Assembly (NCBI GenBank): GCA_965283765.1
Contig: CBDIPU010000024.1
Location: 4,701-68,700, forward strand
Length of the DNA stretch: 64,000 bases
Source: Caulobacteraceae bacterium
GTDB lineage: Bacteria; Pseudomonadota; Alphaproteobacteria; Caulobacterales; Caulobacteraceae
Direction: 5' to 3'
The position numbers were made by a program, and so were the translations under genes. The first letter of the stretch is position 1. Every line of letters starts with the position of its first letter. Shown here piece by piece: positions 29,635-38,677 of the stretch. The notes beneath the pieces are model-generated. The model was not told where the DNA came from, searched no databases, and worked only from the letters and a program-made list of their open reading frames with translations.

Positions 29635-32175
29635 TTGGACAGGGGCTTAGCGAGACACGGGGGGACGGCGTCCGCCGGACCGACCGCGCCCGCGGCCGTG
29701 CGCGCCAAGTCCGTCCAGGCCCCGTCGCAGGGGTTCATCCGCATCGCCATCCTGGCGGCCCTGCTGCTGCTGGCCGTCTATACCGCCTTCGGCGTCAAGC
29801 GCCTGCAGCAGGAGGCCTCGGCCCAGCCGGGCGGCGCGCCGCTGTCGGCCAAGGCCGGGCTGATCGCCGGCCGCGTCGAGGCCAACCTCGCCGCCCAGCG
29901 CGCCGGTCTGTCAGCAGCCGCCGACATGCTCAGGCGCGATCCGGGCGCCACCATGGACGCCGCCGAGACCGCCCTACGCGCCGCCGGCGGCGAGGCCGCG
30001 GCCGTCGCCGTGGTCAGCCCCGCCGGCGTCGTCTCTGTCGCCGGCCGCGACGACGGCGCCGACTGGAAGGGCGCGGCCCAGGCCGCCGCCGCCTCGGGCC
30101 GCACAACCTGGACCGGTTCGGTCGGCGAGACCGGCCGGCTCTACGTCGCTACCACAGCCGCCCTGGACAAGACCCGCGCCTTCGTGATCGCCAGCGGCGA
30201 CGCCTCGCGTCTGATCGACGAACCCGAGAAGGGCGACAGCGGAGCCCTGGCCCTGCCCAGCGGCGCGCTGATCGCCGCCCGCGGTCGCGCCGCCCAAGGC
30301 GCCGCCACCTTCCGCGAGGCCTTCGCCCTGTCGCCCGACGATGTCGTCGGCGGTCCCGTCGCCCTGCGCGGCCAAGCGGCCGATGGCGCGGCGCTGGATA
30401 TCGCGGTGCGCCCGGTGGCCGAGGGCGCCCTGCTGGTTCTGGCGGCCGCACCGACCCACAGCGTCGCCAATGTCGACCGCCAGGTCATGGAAGGCGCGAT
30501 CAACCTGCTGGCGCCGCTGGCCGTCGGCATCGCGCTCGCGCTGCTGCTGATGATCCAGAGCCGAAAGGCCGAGCTCGCCCACCGCGAGTTCATCGACAGC
30601 GAGCAGCGCTTCCGCCTGGCCGTCGAGGCCGCACGCTGCGGCATCTGGGAATGGGACCTGAACGCCGACCAGGTCTTTCTGTCCGACGTCACCGGCGCGA
30701 TGTTCGGCTGGGGCGGCGGCGGCGTCGTCTCGGGCCAGGACCTGCTGGAGCGGGTTTCTATCGACCACCGCGAGCGCGTGCGCCAGGCCCTGGCCAACGC
30801 GGCCATGTACGGCGCCTTCGACGTCTCGTTCCGCGTGCCCGCCACCGAGCAGGGCGCCCGCTCGCTGTGGATCGACGCCCGCGGCCAGGGCTTCGGCAAG
30901 CCCGGCGCCGACGGCTATGTCCGCATCATCGGCGTCGCCCTGGACGTCACCGAGGAACGCCTGGCCCAGGCCCGCGCCCAGGCCGCCGAGAACCGCCTGC
31001 GCGACGCCATCGAGAGCGTGTCGGAAGCCTTCGTCCTGTGGGATCGCCAGGGCCGGCTGCTGATGTGCAACCGCAACTACCGCAGCGTCTTCTCGCTCGA
31101 GCCGAAATTGCTCAAGCCCGGCGCCGCCCGCGCCGAGGTCAACCGCTTCGCGGCCCTGGCCATCAAGCAGGACTACCCGGCGCCGGACGGCGCCAAGGGG
31201 GTGCGCGAGGCCGAGATGATGGACGGCCGCTGGATCCAGATCAGCGAGCGCCGCACGGCCGAAGGCGGCCTGGTCATGACCGCCGCCGACATCACGGCCA
31301 TCAAGACCCAGGAAGAAGCCCGCCGCCTCAATGAGGAGCAGCTGCAGAACGCCATCACCGGCCTGGAGCGCAGCCAGGAGCAGCTGGCCGAATTGGCCCG
31401 CAAGTACGAGACCGAGAAGGTCAAGGCCGAGAGCGCCAACAAGGCCAAGAGCGAATTCCTGGCCAATATGTCCCACGAACTGCGGACGCCGCTGAACGCC
31501 ATCAACGGCTTCTCCGAGATCATGATGAACGAGATGTTCGGGGCGCTGGGTGACGCCCGCTACAAGGGCTACAGCCAGGACATCCACTCGTCGGGCCAGC
31601 ACCTGCTGGCCCTGATCAACGACATCCTCGACATGTCGAAGATCGAGGCCGGCAAGATGAACCTCAAGTTCGAGCCGATGCACCTGGAGGACGTGGCCGA
31701 GGACGCCGTGCGTCTGGTCCGCAACCGCGCCGAGGCCGCCGGCCTGAAGCTGAACGTCGCGTTCCCGCACCTGCCGGAGATCGAGGCCGACTATCGCGCG
31801 GTCAAGCAGGTGCTGCTGAACCTGCTGTCGAACGCCATCAAGTTCACGCCGCGCGCCGGCAGCGTCACCGTCAGCGCCGAGCTCCGCCGCGATCCGTTCG
31901 GCGACAAGGTCAAGGTGTCGGTCACCGACACCGGCATCGGCATCGCCAAGGAAGACCTGGCGCGCCTGGCCAAGCCGTTCGAGCAGGTCGAGAGCCAGTT
32001 CTCCAAGACCACCCAGGGCACGGGCCTGGGCCTGGCCCTGACCAAGTCGCTGATCACCATGCACGACGGCCTGCTGGAAATGCACTCCCAGCCCGGCGAA
32101 GGCACCACGGTCAGCTTCACCCTGCCCGTCCGCCAGAGCGAGCACAAAGCCGCCCGCGACTTCGTGGCGGCCTAG
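29635..32175 (+). CDS. pleC: Polar development histidine kinase/phosphatase PleC
   Basis: Two TM helices, periplasmic domain, PAS domains, H-box MSHELRTPLNAI, HATPase; sequence and pepN adjacency match Caulobacter pleC. Confidence 0.92.
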   Translation: MDRGLARHGGTASAGPTAPAAVRAKSVQAPSQGFIRIAILAALLLLAVYTAFGVKRLQQEASAQPGGAPLSAKAGLIAGRVEANLAAQRAGLSAAADMLRRDPGATMDAAETALRAAGGEAAAVAVVSPAGVVSVAGRDDGADWKGAAQAAAASGRTTWTGSVGETGRLYVATTAALDKTRAFVIASGDASRLIDEPEKGDSGALALPSGALIAARGRAAQGAATFREAFALSPDDVVGGPVALRGQAADGAALDIAVRPVAEGALLVLAAAPTHSVANVDRQVMEGAINLLAPLAVGIALALLLMIQSRKAELAHREFIDSEQRFRLAVEAARCGIWEWDLNADQVFLSDVTGAMFGWGGGGVVSGQDLLERVSIDHRERVRQALANAAMYGAFDVSFRVPATEQGARSLWIDARGQGFGKPGADGYVRIIGVALDVTEERLAQARAQAAENRLRDAIESVSEAFVLWDRQGRLLMCNRNYRSVFSLEPKLLKPGAARAEVNRFAALAIKQDYPAPDGAKGVREAEMMDGRWIQISERRTAEGGLVMTAADITAIKTQEEARRLNEEQLQNAITGLERSQEQLAELARKYETEKVKAESANKAKSEFLANMSHELRTPLNAINGFSEIMMNEMFGALGDARYKGYSQDIHSSGQHLLALINDILDMSKIEAGKMNLKFEPMHLEDVAEDAVRLVRNRAEAAGLKLNVAFPHLPEIEADYRAVKQVLLNLLSNAIKFTPRAGSVTVSAELRRDPFGDKVKVSVTDTGIGIAKEDLARLAKPFEQVESQFSKTTQGTGLGLALTKSLITMHDGLLEMHSQPGEGTTVSFTLPVRQSEHKAARDFVAA

Positions 32176-32261
32176 CCTCCGCCCCTCGCCTCTTACGTTG
32201 TTGAAGTCGCGGCTCGATGCTCGCGATGGGCATCGAGCTGTTGTCACGGTCCGAGATAGGG

Positions 32262-32286
32262 GATACTGCGACGCACTCGCAATATC
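32262..32286. promoter_or_regulatory. Fur box
   Basis: GATACTGCGA-CGCAC-TCGCAATATC palindrome of the Caulobacter TGCGA-N5-TCGCA type, 10 bp before the ATG. Confidence 0.8.
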
Positions 32287-32296
32287 AGGATCGATC

Positions 32297-34462
32297 ATGT
32301 CCCGTCGCCTCGCCCTCCTCCTGTCGTCCGCCCTGCTCGGCGCCGCCCTGGCCAGCCCGGCCCTCGCGCGCCAGGCGGACGAGACGACGGTCGACGCGGT
32401 GGTGATCACCGGCTCGCAGGTGCGCCTGCCGCCCGTCTATTCCGGCGGCCAGGTGGCGGCCGGCGCCCGGGTCGGGCTGCTCGGCGCGTTGGACACCCTG
32501 GACACTCCGTTCTCCGTCACCAGCTACACCGAGGAGATGGTCCGCAACCAGCAGGCCCGCAGCATCGCCGACGTCCTGCAGAACGACCCGACCGTGCGGG
32601 TCTCCAAGGGCTTCGGCAACTTCCAGGAGCTGTACGTCGTTCGCGGTTTCCCGGTCTATTCCGACGACATGACCTATAACGGCCTCTACGGCGTGCTGCC
32701 CCGGCAGTTCGTGGCGGCCGAACTGGTCGAGCGGGTGGACGTGTTCCGCGGCGCCAACGCCTTCCTGAACGGCGCGGCGCCGGGCGGCAGCGGCGTCGGC
32801 GGCGCCTTCAACCTGATGCCCAAGCGCGCCGGGACCGCGCCTCTCACCCGCGTCACCGCCGGCTGGGACGGCGGCTCGCAATTCTATGGCTCGGCCGACG
32901 TTTCTCGCCGCTTCGGCGAGAACAACGCCTATGGTGCGCGCTTGAACCTTGGCCTGCGCGACGGCGAGACGGCCGTCGACAACGAGAAGCGCAATCTGAA
33001 GGTCGTGGGTCTGGGTCTGGACCGTCGCGGCGACCGCGCCCGCTTCTCGGCCGACCTCGGCTTCCAGGACCACCATATCGACGCTCCGCGCCCGACCGTC
33101 ACCCCGGCTGGGGCGATCCCCAAGGCCCCGGATGCTGGCGGCAACTTCGCCCAGCCCTGGACCTATACCGACGAGCGCCAGCTGTTCGGCGCGGCGCGCG
33201 GCGAGTTCGACCTGACCGACGCCGTCAGCGCCTGGGCCGCGATCGGCGGCCGCAAGGGCAAGGAAAGCAACGTCCTGGCCAACCCGACGGCCCAGCCGAA
33301 CGGCGTGATCAGCGCCTATCGTTTCGACAATGTCCGCAAGGACGAGGTCATCTCCGCCGACGCCGGCCTGCGCGGCAAGTTCCAGACCGGTTCGATCGGC
33401 CACAGCCTGGTGGCCTCGGTCGCTTCGGTCAGCCTGAAGTCGAAAAACGCCTACGCCTTCTCGAACTTCGCCGGCTTCGCCAGCGATCTCTATAGCCCGG
33501 TCAATGTCGCCGCCCCGAACCCGAACTTCTTCGTCGGCGGCAGCAAGTCGGACCCGAACGTCACCGAGCGCGCCAAGAACCGCAGCGTCGCCGTCGCCGA
33601 CACCCTGTCGTTCCTCAACGACACGCTGCTGCTGACCGCCGGCCTGCGCTACCAGGACGTCGAGACGCGCTCCTACGACTACAACACCGGCGCCCGCAAC
33701 GGCGCCTATGACGGCCACGCCACCACCCCGGCCCTGGCCGCGGTGTTCAAGCCCAGCAGCCAGGTCTCGCTGTACGCCAACTATGCCGAGGCCCTTGTCC
33801 CCGGCCAAGTCGCCCCGGCCCAGGTCAACGGCGTCGCCGTGGCCAACGCGGGCGACATCCTCTCGCCGTTCCGGGGCAAGCAGGCCGAGGTCGGCGCCAA
33901 GTACGACGCCGGCGCGTTCGGCGGCTCGCTCTCGCTGTTCCGCGTCAAGCAACCCAACGCATTCTTCGTCGCCAGCAGCCGTCAATACACCTCGGGCGGC
34001 GAGCAGGAGAACAAGGGCGTCGAGCTGACCGTCTATGGCCAGCCCGCCGAGGGCCTGCGCGTCCTGGGCGGCGCGACCTGGCTGGACGCCAGGGTCAATC
34101 ACGCCCTGGACGCTGCGCTGGAAGGCAAGTCGCCGATCGGCGTACCGGACTTCCAGGCCAATGTGAACGTCGAGTGGGACGTCAAGGCCGCCCCCGGCCT
34201 GACCGTCGAGGGCCGCATGGTCCACACCGGCTCGCAGCCGGCCAACGGCGCCAACACGGTCGACCTGGCCGCGTTCACCCGCTTCGACGCCGGCGTCCGC
34301 TACGCCTTCGAGGCCGGCGGCAAGGCGATGACGGTCCGCGCCCGGGTCGAGAACCTGGGAAACAAGGACCAGTGGGTCGCGGTGGGCGGCTATCCCAACG
34401 CCAACTACCTGACGCTGGGCGCGCCGCGCACCCTGCGGCTGTCGCTCACCACGGACTTCTAG
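32297..34462 (+). CDS. TonB-dependent siderophore receptor
   Basis: DAVVITG, DTPFSV, VRGF, GAPRT..F end; Fur box; PepSY gene follows. Confidence 0.93.
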   Translation: MSRRLALLLSSALLGAALASPALARQADETTVDAVVITGSQVRLPPVYSGGQVAAGARVGLLGALDTLDTPFSVTSYTEEMVRNQQARSIADVLQNDPTVRVSKGFGNFQELYVVRGFPVYSDDMTYNGLYGVLPRQFVAAELVERVDVFRGANAFLNGAAPGGSGVGGAFNLMPKRAGTAPLTRVTAGWDGGSQFYGSADVSRRFGENNAYGARLNLGLRDGETAVDNEKRNLKVVGLGLDRRGDRARFSADLGFQDHHIDAPRPTVTPAGAIPKAPDAGGNFAQPWTYTDERQLFGAARGEFDLTDAVSAWAAIGGRKGKESNVLANPTAQPNGVISAYRFDNVRKDEVISADAGLRGKFQTGSIGHSLVASVASVSLKSKNAYAFSNFAGFASDLYSPVNVAAPNPNFFVGGSKSDPNVTERAKNRSVAVADTLSFLNDTLLLTAGLRYQDVETRSYDYNTGARNGAYDGHATTPALAAVFKPSSQVSLYANYAEALVPGQVAPAQVNGVAVANAGDILSPFRGKQAEVGAKYDAGAFGGSLSLFRVKQPNAFFVASSRQYTSGGEQENKGVELTVYGQPAEGLRVLGGATWLDARVNHALDAALEGKSPIGVPDFQANVNVEWDVKAAPGLTVEGRMVHTGSQPANGANTVDLAAFTRFDAGVRYAFEAGGKAMTVRARVENLGNKDQWVAVGGYPNANYLTLGAPRTLRLSLTTDF

Positions 34463-34467
34463 ACCGC

Positions 34468-35556
34468 ATGAAGGCCCGGACGCTCCGCGCCTGGTCGTGG
34501 GTTCACAAGTGGTCGAGCCTGGTCTCGACCGCTTTTCTGCTGATGCTGTGCGTCACCGGCCTGCCGCTGGTGTTCAAGCACGAGATCGAGCACGTCCTGA
34601 TGCGCGAGGCCTGGGCCCCGGCCCATCCCGACGGGCCTCGGCTGAACCTCGACCAGGTGCTGAACGCCGCCCTCGCCCGTAAGCCGGGCGAGGTTCCGGC
34701 CTTCATGAGTTTCGACGAGGACCGGCCGGTCGTGAATGTCACCAGTGTCAAGCCGGGCGACAAGGCGGGCGTCTACAGCTTCCAGCCCATCGACCAGACC
34801 GGCGGCGAGCCCGCCCCCTCCGTGGCCGGCCATCCGGTCATGGAGTTCCTGCTCCAGCTGCATACAGACATGTTCCTGGGCCTGCCGGGGATGCTGTTCC
34901 TGGGCGCGATGGGCCTGTTGCTGATCGTGGCCCTGGTCTCGGGCGTGGTGCTGTACGCGCCGTTCATGCGGCGGCTGCCGTTCGGCGCGGTGCGGGCCAG
35001 CAAGCAGGCGCGCACACGCTGGCTGGACTACCACAACCTGCTGGGCGCGGTGACCCTGTCCTGGCTGCTGGTCGTCGGGACGACGGGCGTGGTCAACACC
35101 CTGGCCACGCCGATCATCGACTACTGGAAGAACACGGCGCTCAAGGAACTGACACAGGCCTATGACCAGCCCGCGCCCGCCAGCCAGCGCAGCTCGCTGC
35201 AGGCCGCCGTCGACCGGGCCAAGGTCGCCCTGCCCGGCATGCGGCTGCAGTTCGTGGCCTTCCCCGGCTCGACCTATTCGACCGACCACCACTACGCGGT
35301 GTTCTTCCATGGCGACACGCCGTTGACCGCGCACCTGACCACCCCGGCCCTGATCGACGCCCGCACCGGCCAGCTCGCCGCCGTCGCCCCGACGCCCTGG
35401 TACGTGAAGACCCTGTCGCTGTCGCAGCCATTGCACTTCGGCGACTATGGCGGCTTGGCGCTGAAGATCCTTTGGGCGCTGCTGGACATCGCCACCATCG
35501 TGATCCTGGGCTCGGGCCTCTATCTGTGGCTGGCCAAGCGGAAGCCCGCGCGATGA
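34468..35556 (+). CDS. PepSY-associated TM helix protein
   Basis: HKWSSL..TGL, LHTDMF, HNLLG, LHFGDYGG. Confidence 0.9.
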   Translation: MKARTLRAWSWVHKWSSLVSTAFLLMLCVTGLPLVFKHEIEHVLMREAWAPAHPDGPRLNLDQVLNAALARKPGEVPAFMSFDEDRPVVNVTSVKPGDKAGVYSFQPIDQTGGEPAPSVAGHPVMEFLLQLHTDMFLGLPGMLFLGAMGLLLIVALVSGVVLYAPFMRRLPFGAVRASKQARTRWLDYHNLLGAVTLSWLLVVGTTGVVNTLATPIIDYWKNTALKELTQAYDQPAPASQRSSLQAAVDRAKVALPGMRLQFVAFPGSTYSTDHHYAVFFHGDTPLTAHLTTPALIDARTGQLAAVAPTPWYVKTLSLSQPLHFGDYGGLALKILWALLDIATIVILGSGLYLWLAKRKPAR

Positions 35557-35741
35557 GCAAGAGCGGCCATCACAACACCCTCTGGCAGGTGTTCCGCGCC
35601 CCGGCCGCGATCGCCGCGCTCAGCCTGTTCGGCCTGGTCGCCGCCCTGCTGGGCGACGGCGTCTGGGACGTCGTCGGCGCGGTGACCCTGGCCTCGTCGG
35701 TCGTGGCGACAGTGTGGGCCCTGACCACGCGCAGGCGCTGA
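35553..35741 (+). CDS. Small two-TM membrane protein
   Basis: ATGA overlap; GLVAALLGDGVWD. Confidence 0.75.
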   Translation: MSKSGHHNTLWQVFRAPAAIAALSLFGLVAALLGDGVWDVVGAVTLASSVVATVWALTTRRR

Positions 35742-35871
35742 ATATTACTTTCGTTTCATAGACTTAAATAGAAGTCATGAAGCACTCGTAACGGGTGTTC
35801 GGCGAGGCCGGCGACTACACCCTCATTCAACGGATCGCCACGGGCGGCCACACGAATTGAGGGACAAGATC

Positions 35872-36198
35872 ATGAGCAAGCTCGTCAACCGCATCGCCGC
35901 CATCGCCGCCCTGGCCCTGGCCGCCACCCCGATCATCGGCCTGACCGCCGCTCACGCCGCCGAGTTGGCCCCGCCCATCGCCCGCATCCGCGTCGGCGAC
36001 CTGACCTTGTCGAATCCGGCCGACGCGCGCGAGTTCGCCCGCCGCGCCCATGCCGCCGGAACCCGAGCCTGCGACGCCAAGGGCTTCAGCGGCCTGTCGG
36101 CCAGGGCCTGCATGATGGACTTCCGTGAAGACCTGCGGCACGCCCTGACCCAGCAACAGGCGGCCCAACTTCGGGTCGCCAAGCGCGCCGGCGCCTAA
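35872..36198 (+). CDS. UrcA-family-like periplasmic protein
   Basis: Signal peptide; IRVGDLTLSNPAD...RAC...AC pattern. Confidence 0.7.
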   Translation: MSKLVNRIAAIAALALAATPIIGLTAAHAAELAPPIARIRVGDLTLSNPADAREFARRAHAAGTRACDAKGFSGLSARACMMDFREDLRHALTQQQAAQLRVAKRAGA

Positions 36199-36211
36199 CT
36201 GGCTCCCGGTC

Positions 36212-36658
36212 CTAACCTCTGCGCAGCCAGGCCGCGACCGCCCACGCATGGGCGTCGTGGCGGAGGGCGACCACCGCGTCGCGCGGATCCAGCCAGACCA
36301 GCTTGTGGTCGTCTTCAACCTTCAGGCCCGGCGTCTCGCCGGTGACCTTGACCACATAGACGCCGCCGAAGTTTCGCACCGGCTGGCCATCGGACTTCAA
36401 AAAGAGCTGCGAGACCGTCTCGACCAGCGCCCCGGCCTCGACCACCAGGCCGGTTTCCTCGCCGAACTCGCGGACCACCGCCTCAGCCTCTGTCTCGTCG
36501 CCGTCCACAGCCCCGCCGGGCAGGTCGAAATAGGGCGCCTTGCCGGGCTTGCTGACCTCGGCCAAGGCGATCTGCCCCAGGGCGTTCTCGGCTATGCCGA
36601 AGGCGGCCGCGCGGTCCATGTAGTTCAGGCCCGCGACGGGCGCGCCGAACGCCAGCAT
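36212..36658 (-). CDS. NUDIX hydrolase
   Basis: PGGAVDGDETEAEAVVREFGEETG Nudix box. Confidence 0.92.
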   Translation of the reverse strand: MLAFGAPVAGLNYMDRAAAFGIAENALGQIALAEVSKPGKAPYFDLPGGAVDGDETEAEAVVREFGEETGLVVEAGALVETVSQLFLKSDGQPVRNFGGVYVVKVTGETPGLKVEDDHKLVWLDPRDAVVALRHDAHAWAVAAWLRRG

Positions 36659-36661
36659 CCT

Positions 36662-37690
36662 CTAGTCCTTGCCATAGAGGTCGTTCCACGGATCGGCCTT
36701 GCCGGACGCCACGTCCGCCACGCTGATCTCGGGACGATAGCCGATCGCGCCATTGGCGCTGGCGCTCCAGGCGTCGACGACGAGGTCGCGCAGAGCCGCG
36801 GCGCCGGCCGCGATACGGGCCTGGACGAAGGCCTTGGCGCGCGGGTCGGTCTCGACCATCCCCCCGGCCTTCTCCAGCTGGTACAGCGGCTCGGTCTGCT
36901 TCCAGGTGTCGGTCAGATAGCCGACCACGCGGGTCTCGATCGAGCAGTCGCAGGCCTTGTAGGCCGGAACCAGCGCCTTGATCGACGCCTCGTCGCCCAG
37001 GGCCTTGGCCAACGGGCCTTCGAACTGGAAGTGCGTCGAGCGCGCGTTGGTGTAGCCGTTGGGGTTGGGATAGTCGCCCCAGCCGTTGTAGTGCACCGAC
37101 AGATGCAGCGGCTGGCTGCCGTCGCCGACATAGTGGGCCCAGACGCCCAGATCGCGTAGCAGCAGAGCCTCGCGACGGATCAGATCGGCCTTGTAATAGG
37201 CCAGGCGGGTCTGGTCCTTCTCCAGCTTCACGGCCGCGGTCAGCACGCGCCAGTAGGTGAAGTCCTTCACCAGCTGCTGGTAGCCGTCGATGATCGCATA
37301 CGGCAGGTAGCCAGCCTTCCAGCTGTCGACGCCGGCGGCCTGCAGGGCCTTCTCGTAGTCGGCGCGGGTCGGCGGCAGGGTCGCCACCGTGAACATCGGG
37401 CCGCCGTACATGCGGCCCTGGTCGTCGATGTCCAGGAAGTGGGCGGCGTCGCGATCGGTGTCGTGGATCTTGCCCGAGCCCTTCCAGCGGTCCGGCTCGC
37501 GAGCGTATTCGCCGATCGCGGCGATGGCCGTCGGGGTGCGCAGGAAGGCCGGCACGTCGGCCGGCAAGCTCTCGGCGCCGACGACGCCCACGGTGCGGTG
37601 GCCCGAAGCCCCCCAGGCGAACGCCGAGGCGGCCGGCGCTGACAGGGCGGCGGCGAGGACGAGGACTTTCAGGCTGGACGACAGTCGCAA
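36662..37690 (-). CDS. S1/P1 nuclease
   Basis: Signal peptide, then WGASGH, HFLD, HYVGDGSQPLH; TTG start inferred. Confidence 0.88.
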   Translation of the reverse strand: MRLSSSLKVLVLAAALSAPAASAFAWGASGHRTVGVVGAESLPADVPAFLRTPTAIAAIGEYAREPDRWKGSGKIHDTDRDAAHFLDIDDQGRMYGGPMFTVATLPPTRADYEKALQAAGVDSWKAGYLPYAIIDGYQQLVKDFTYWRVLTAAVKLEKDQTRLAYYKADLIRREALLLRDLGVWAHYVGDGSQPLHLSVHYNGWGDYPNPNGYTNARSTHFQFEGPLAKALGDEASIKALVPAYKACDCSIETRVVGYLTDTWKQTEPLYQLEKAGGMVETDPRAKAFVQARIAAGAAALRDLVVDAWSASANGAIGYRPEISVADVASGKADPWNDLYGKD

Positions 37691-38065
37691 GGGATAGGCT
37701 CCGAGGATCAGATAGGCCGGGCTAGCCGGGTGTAAGGCGCCGAGGCGATGTCCGCCAGCGCCGCGCGCGCCAGTAACCTGAGACGTCCAGTATTGCGGCG
37801 GTGTTTCCGCGCGTCCCGGCTCTTCGGAACGGAAAGTCGAGTCGCGGCGGACGCTTGGCTCTCGGCCCGGTTCCATCCGTGAGGCTCTCGAAAGCAAAAA
37901 ATCCGCGCCCTTACAGCCCCGTTTCAAGCGTCTGAATCCATGTCACTTTCTCGCCTGTTTGGCGAAAGCGGCCCGCGGCGTATCGACTCTCGGGGTTGTC
38001 ACGGGTCCGTGATCCGAATATCCAAGCCGCCAACCGACAGACACGCCGATAAGAGGACCCCCTCG

Positions 38066-38587
38066 ATGCGACGCAAGCTCGCCGGAATTTTGGCCACCGC
38101 GGTCATCTCCGCATTCGCCATTCCCGCCCTCGCTCATGCCGCTCCCGCGGACTCCGCGCCTGCCTCGACGCAGCGTGTCGACCCGCTCGGCGACCTGATC
38201 ACCTCGGCCCTCAGCGGCGGCGCCCTGCCCGGCTCGGTCGAGTTCACGATGAAGGCGACGATGTACCACGCCGGAGCCAAGGGCATCCGCGCGTTCGACT
38301 CGCTGGGCTGCAAGGTCGCGGCCATGCGCACCGTCGCGGTCGATCCCAAGGTGATCCCGCGCCGCACCGTGATCTTCATCAAGGAAACCGTCGGTCTTCC
38401 GATGCCGGACGGCGGCAAGCATGATGGCTACTGGTACGCCTCCGACATCGGCGGCGCGATCAAGGGTCTCAAGCTCGACCTGTTCAGCGGGGTCGGCGCC
38501 AGTTCGATGAAGGCCCTGCGCGGTCTCGACCTCTCCAACCTCTCGGTCAGCAAGGTCGGCGAATTCAAGGGCTGCCCGCCGCAATAG
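38066..38587 (+). CDS. 3D-domain (peptidoglycan-acting) secreted protein
   Basis: ATMY, VAVDPKVIP, ASDIGGAIKG..LDLF. Confidence 0.85.
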   Translation: MRRKLAGILATAVISAFAIPALAHAAPADSAPASTQRVDPLGDLITSALSGGALPGSVEFTMKATMYHAGAKGIRAFDSLGCKVAAMRTVAVDPKVIPRRTVIFIKETVGLPMPDGGKHDGYWYASDIGGAIKGLKLDLFSGVGASSMKALRGLDLSNLSVSKVGEFKGCPPQ

Positions 38588-38677
38588 GCGGCCCCGGACC
38601 ACGGTCCACACTAGAATTGTTCTCCGGACTCGGCTTGGATCCCCGCCTTCGTGGGGATGAGCGGTTCGGGGTCTATC

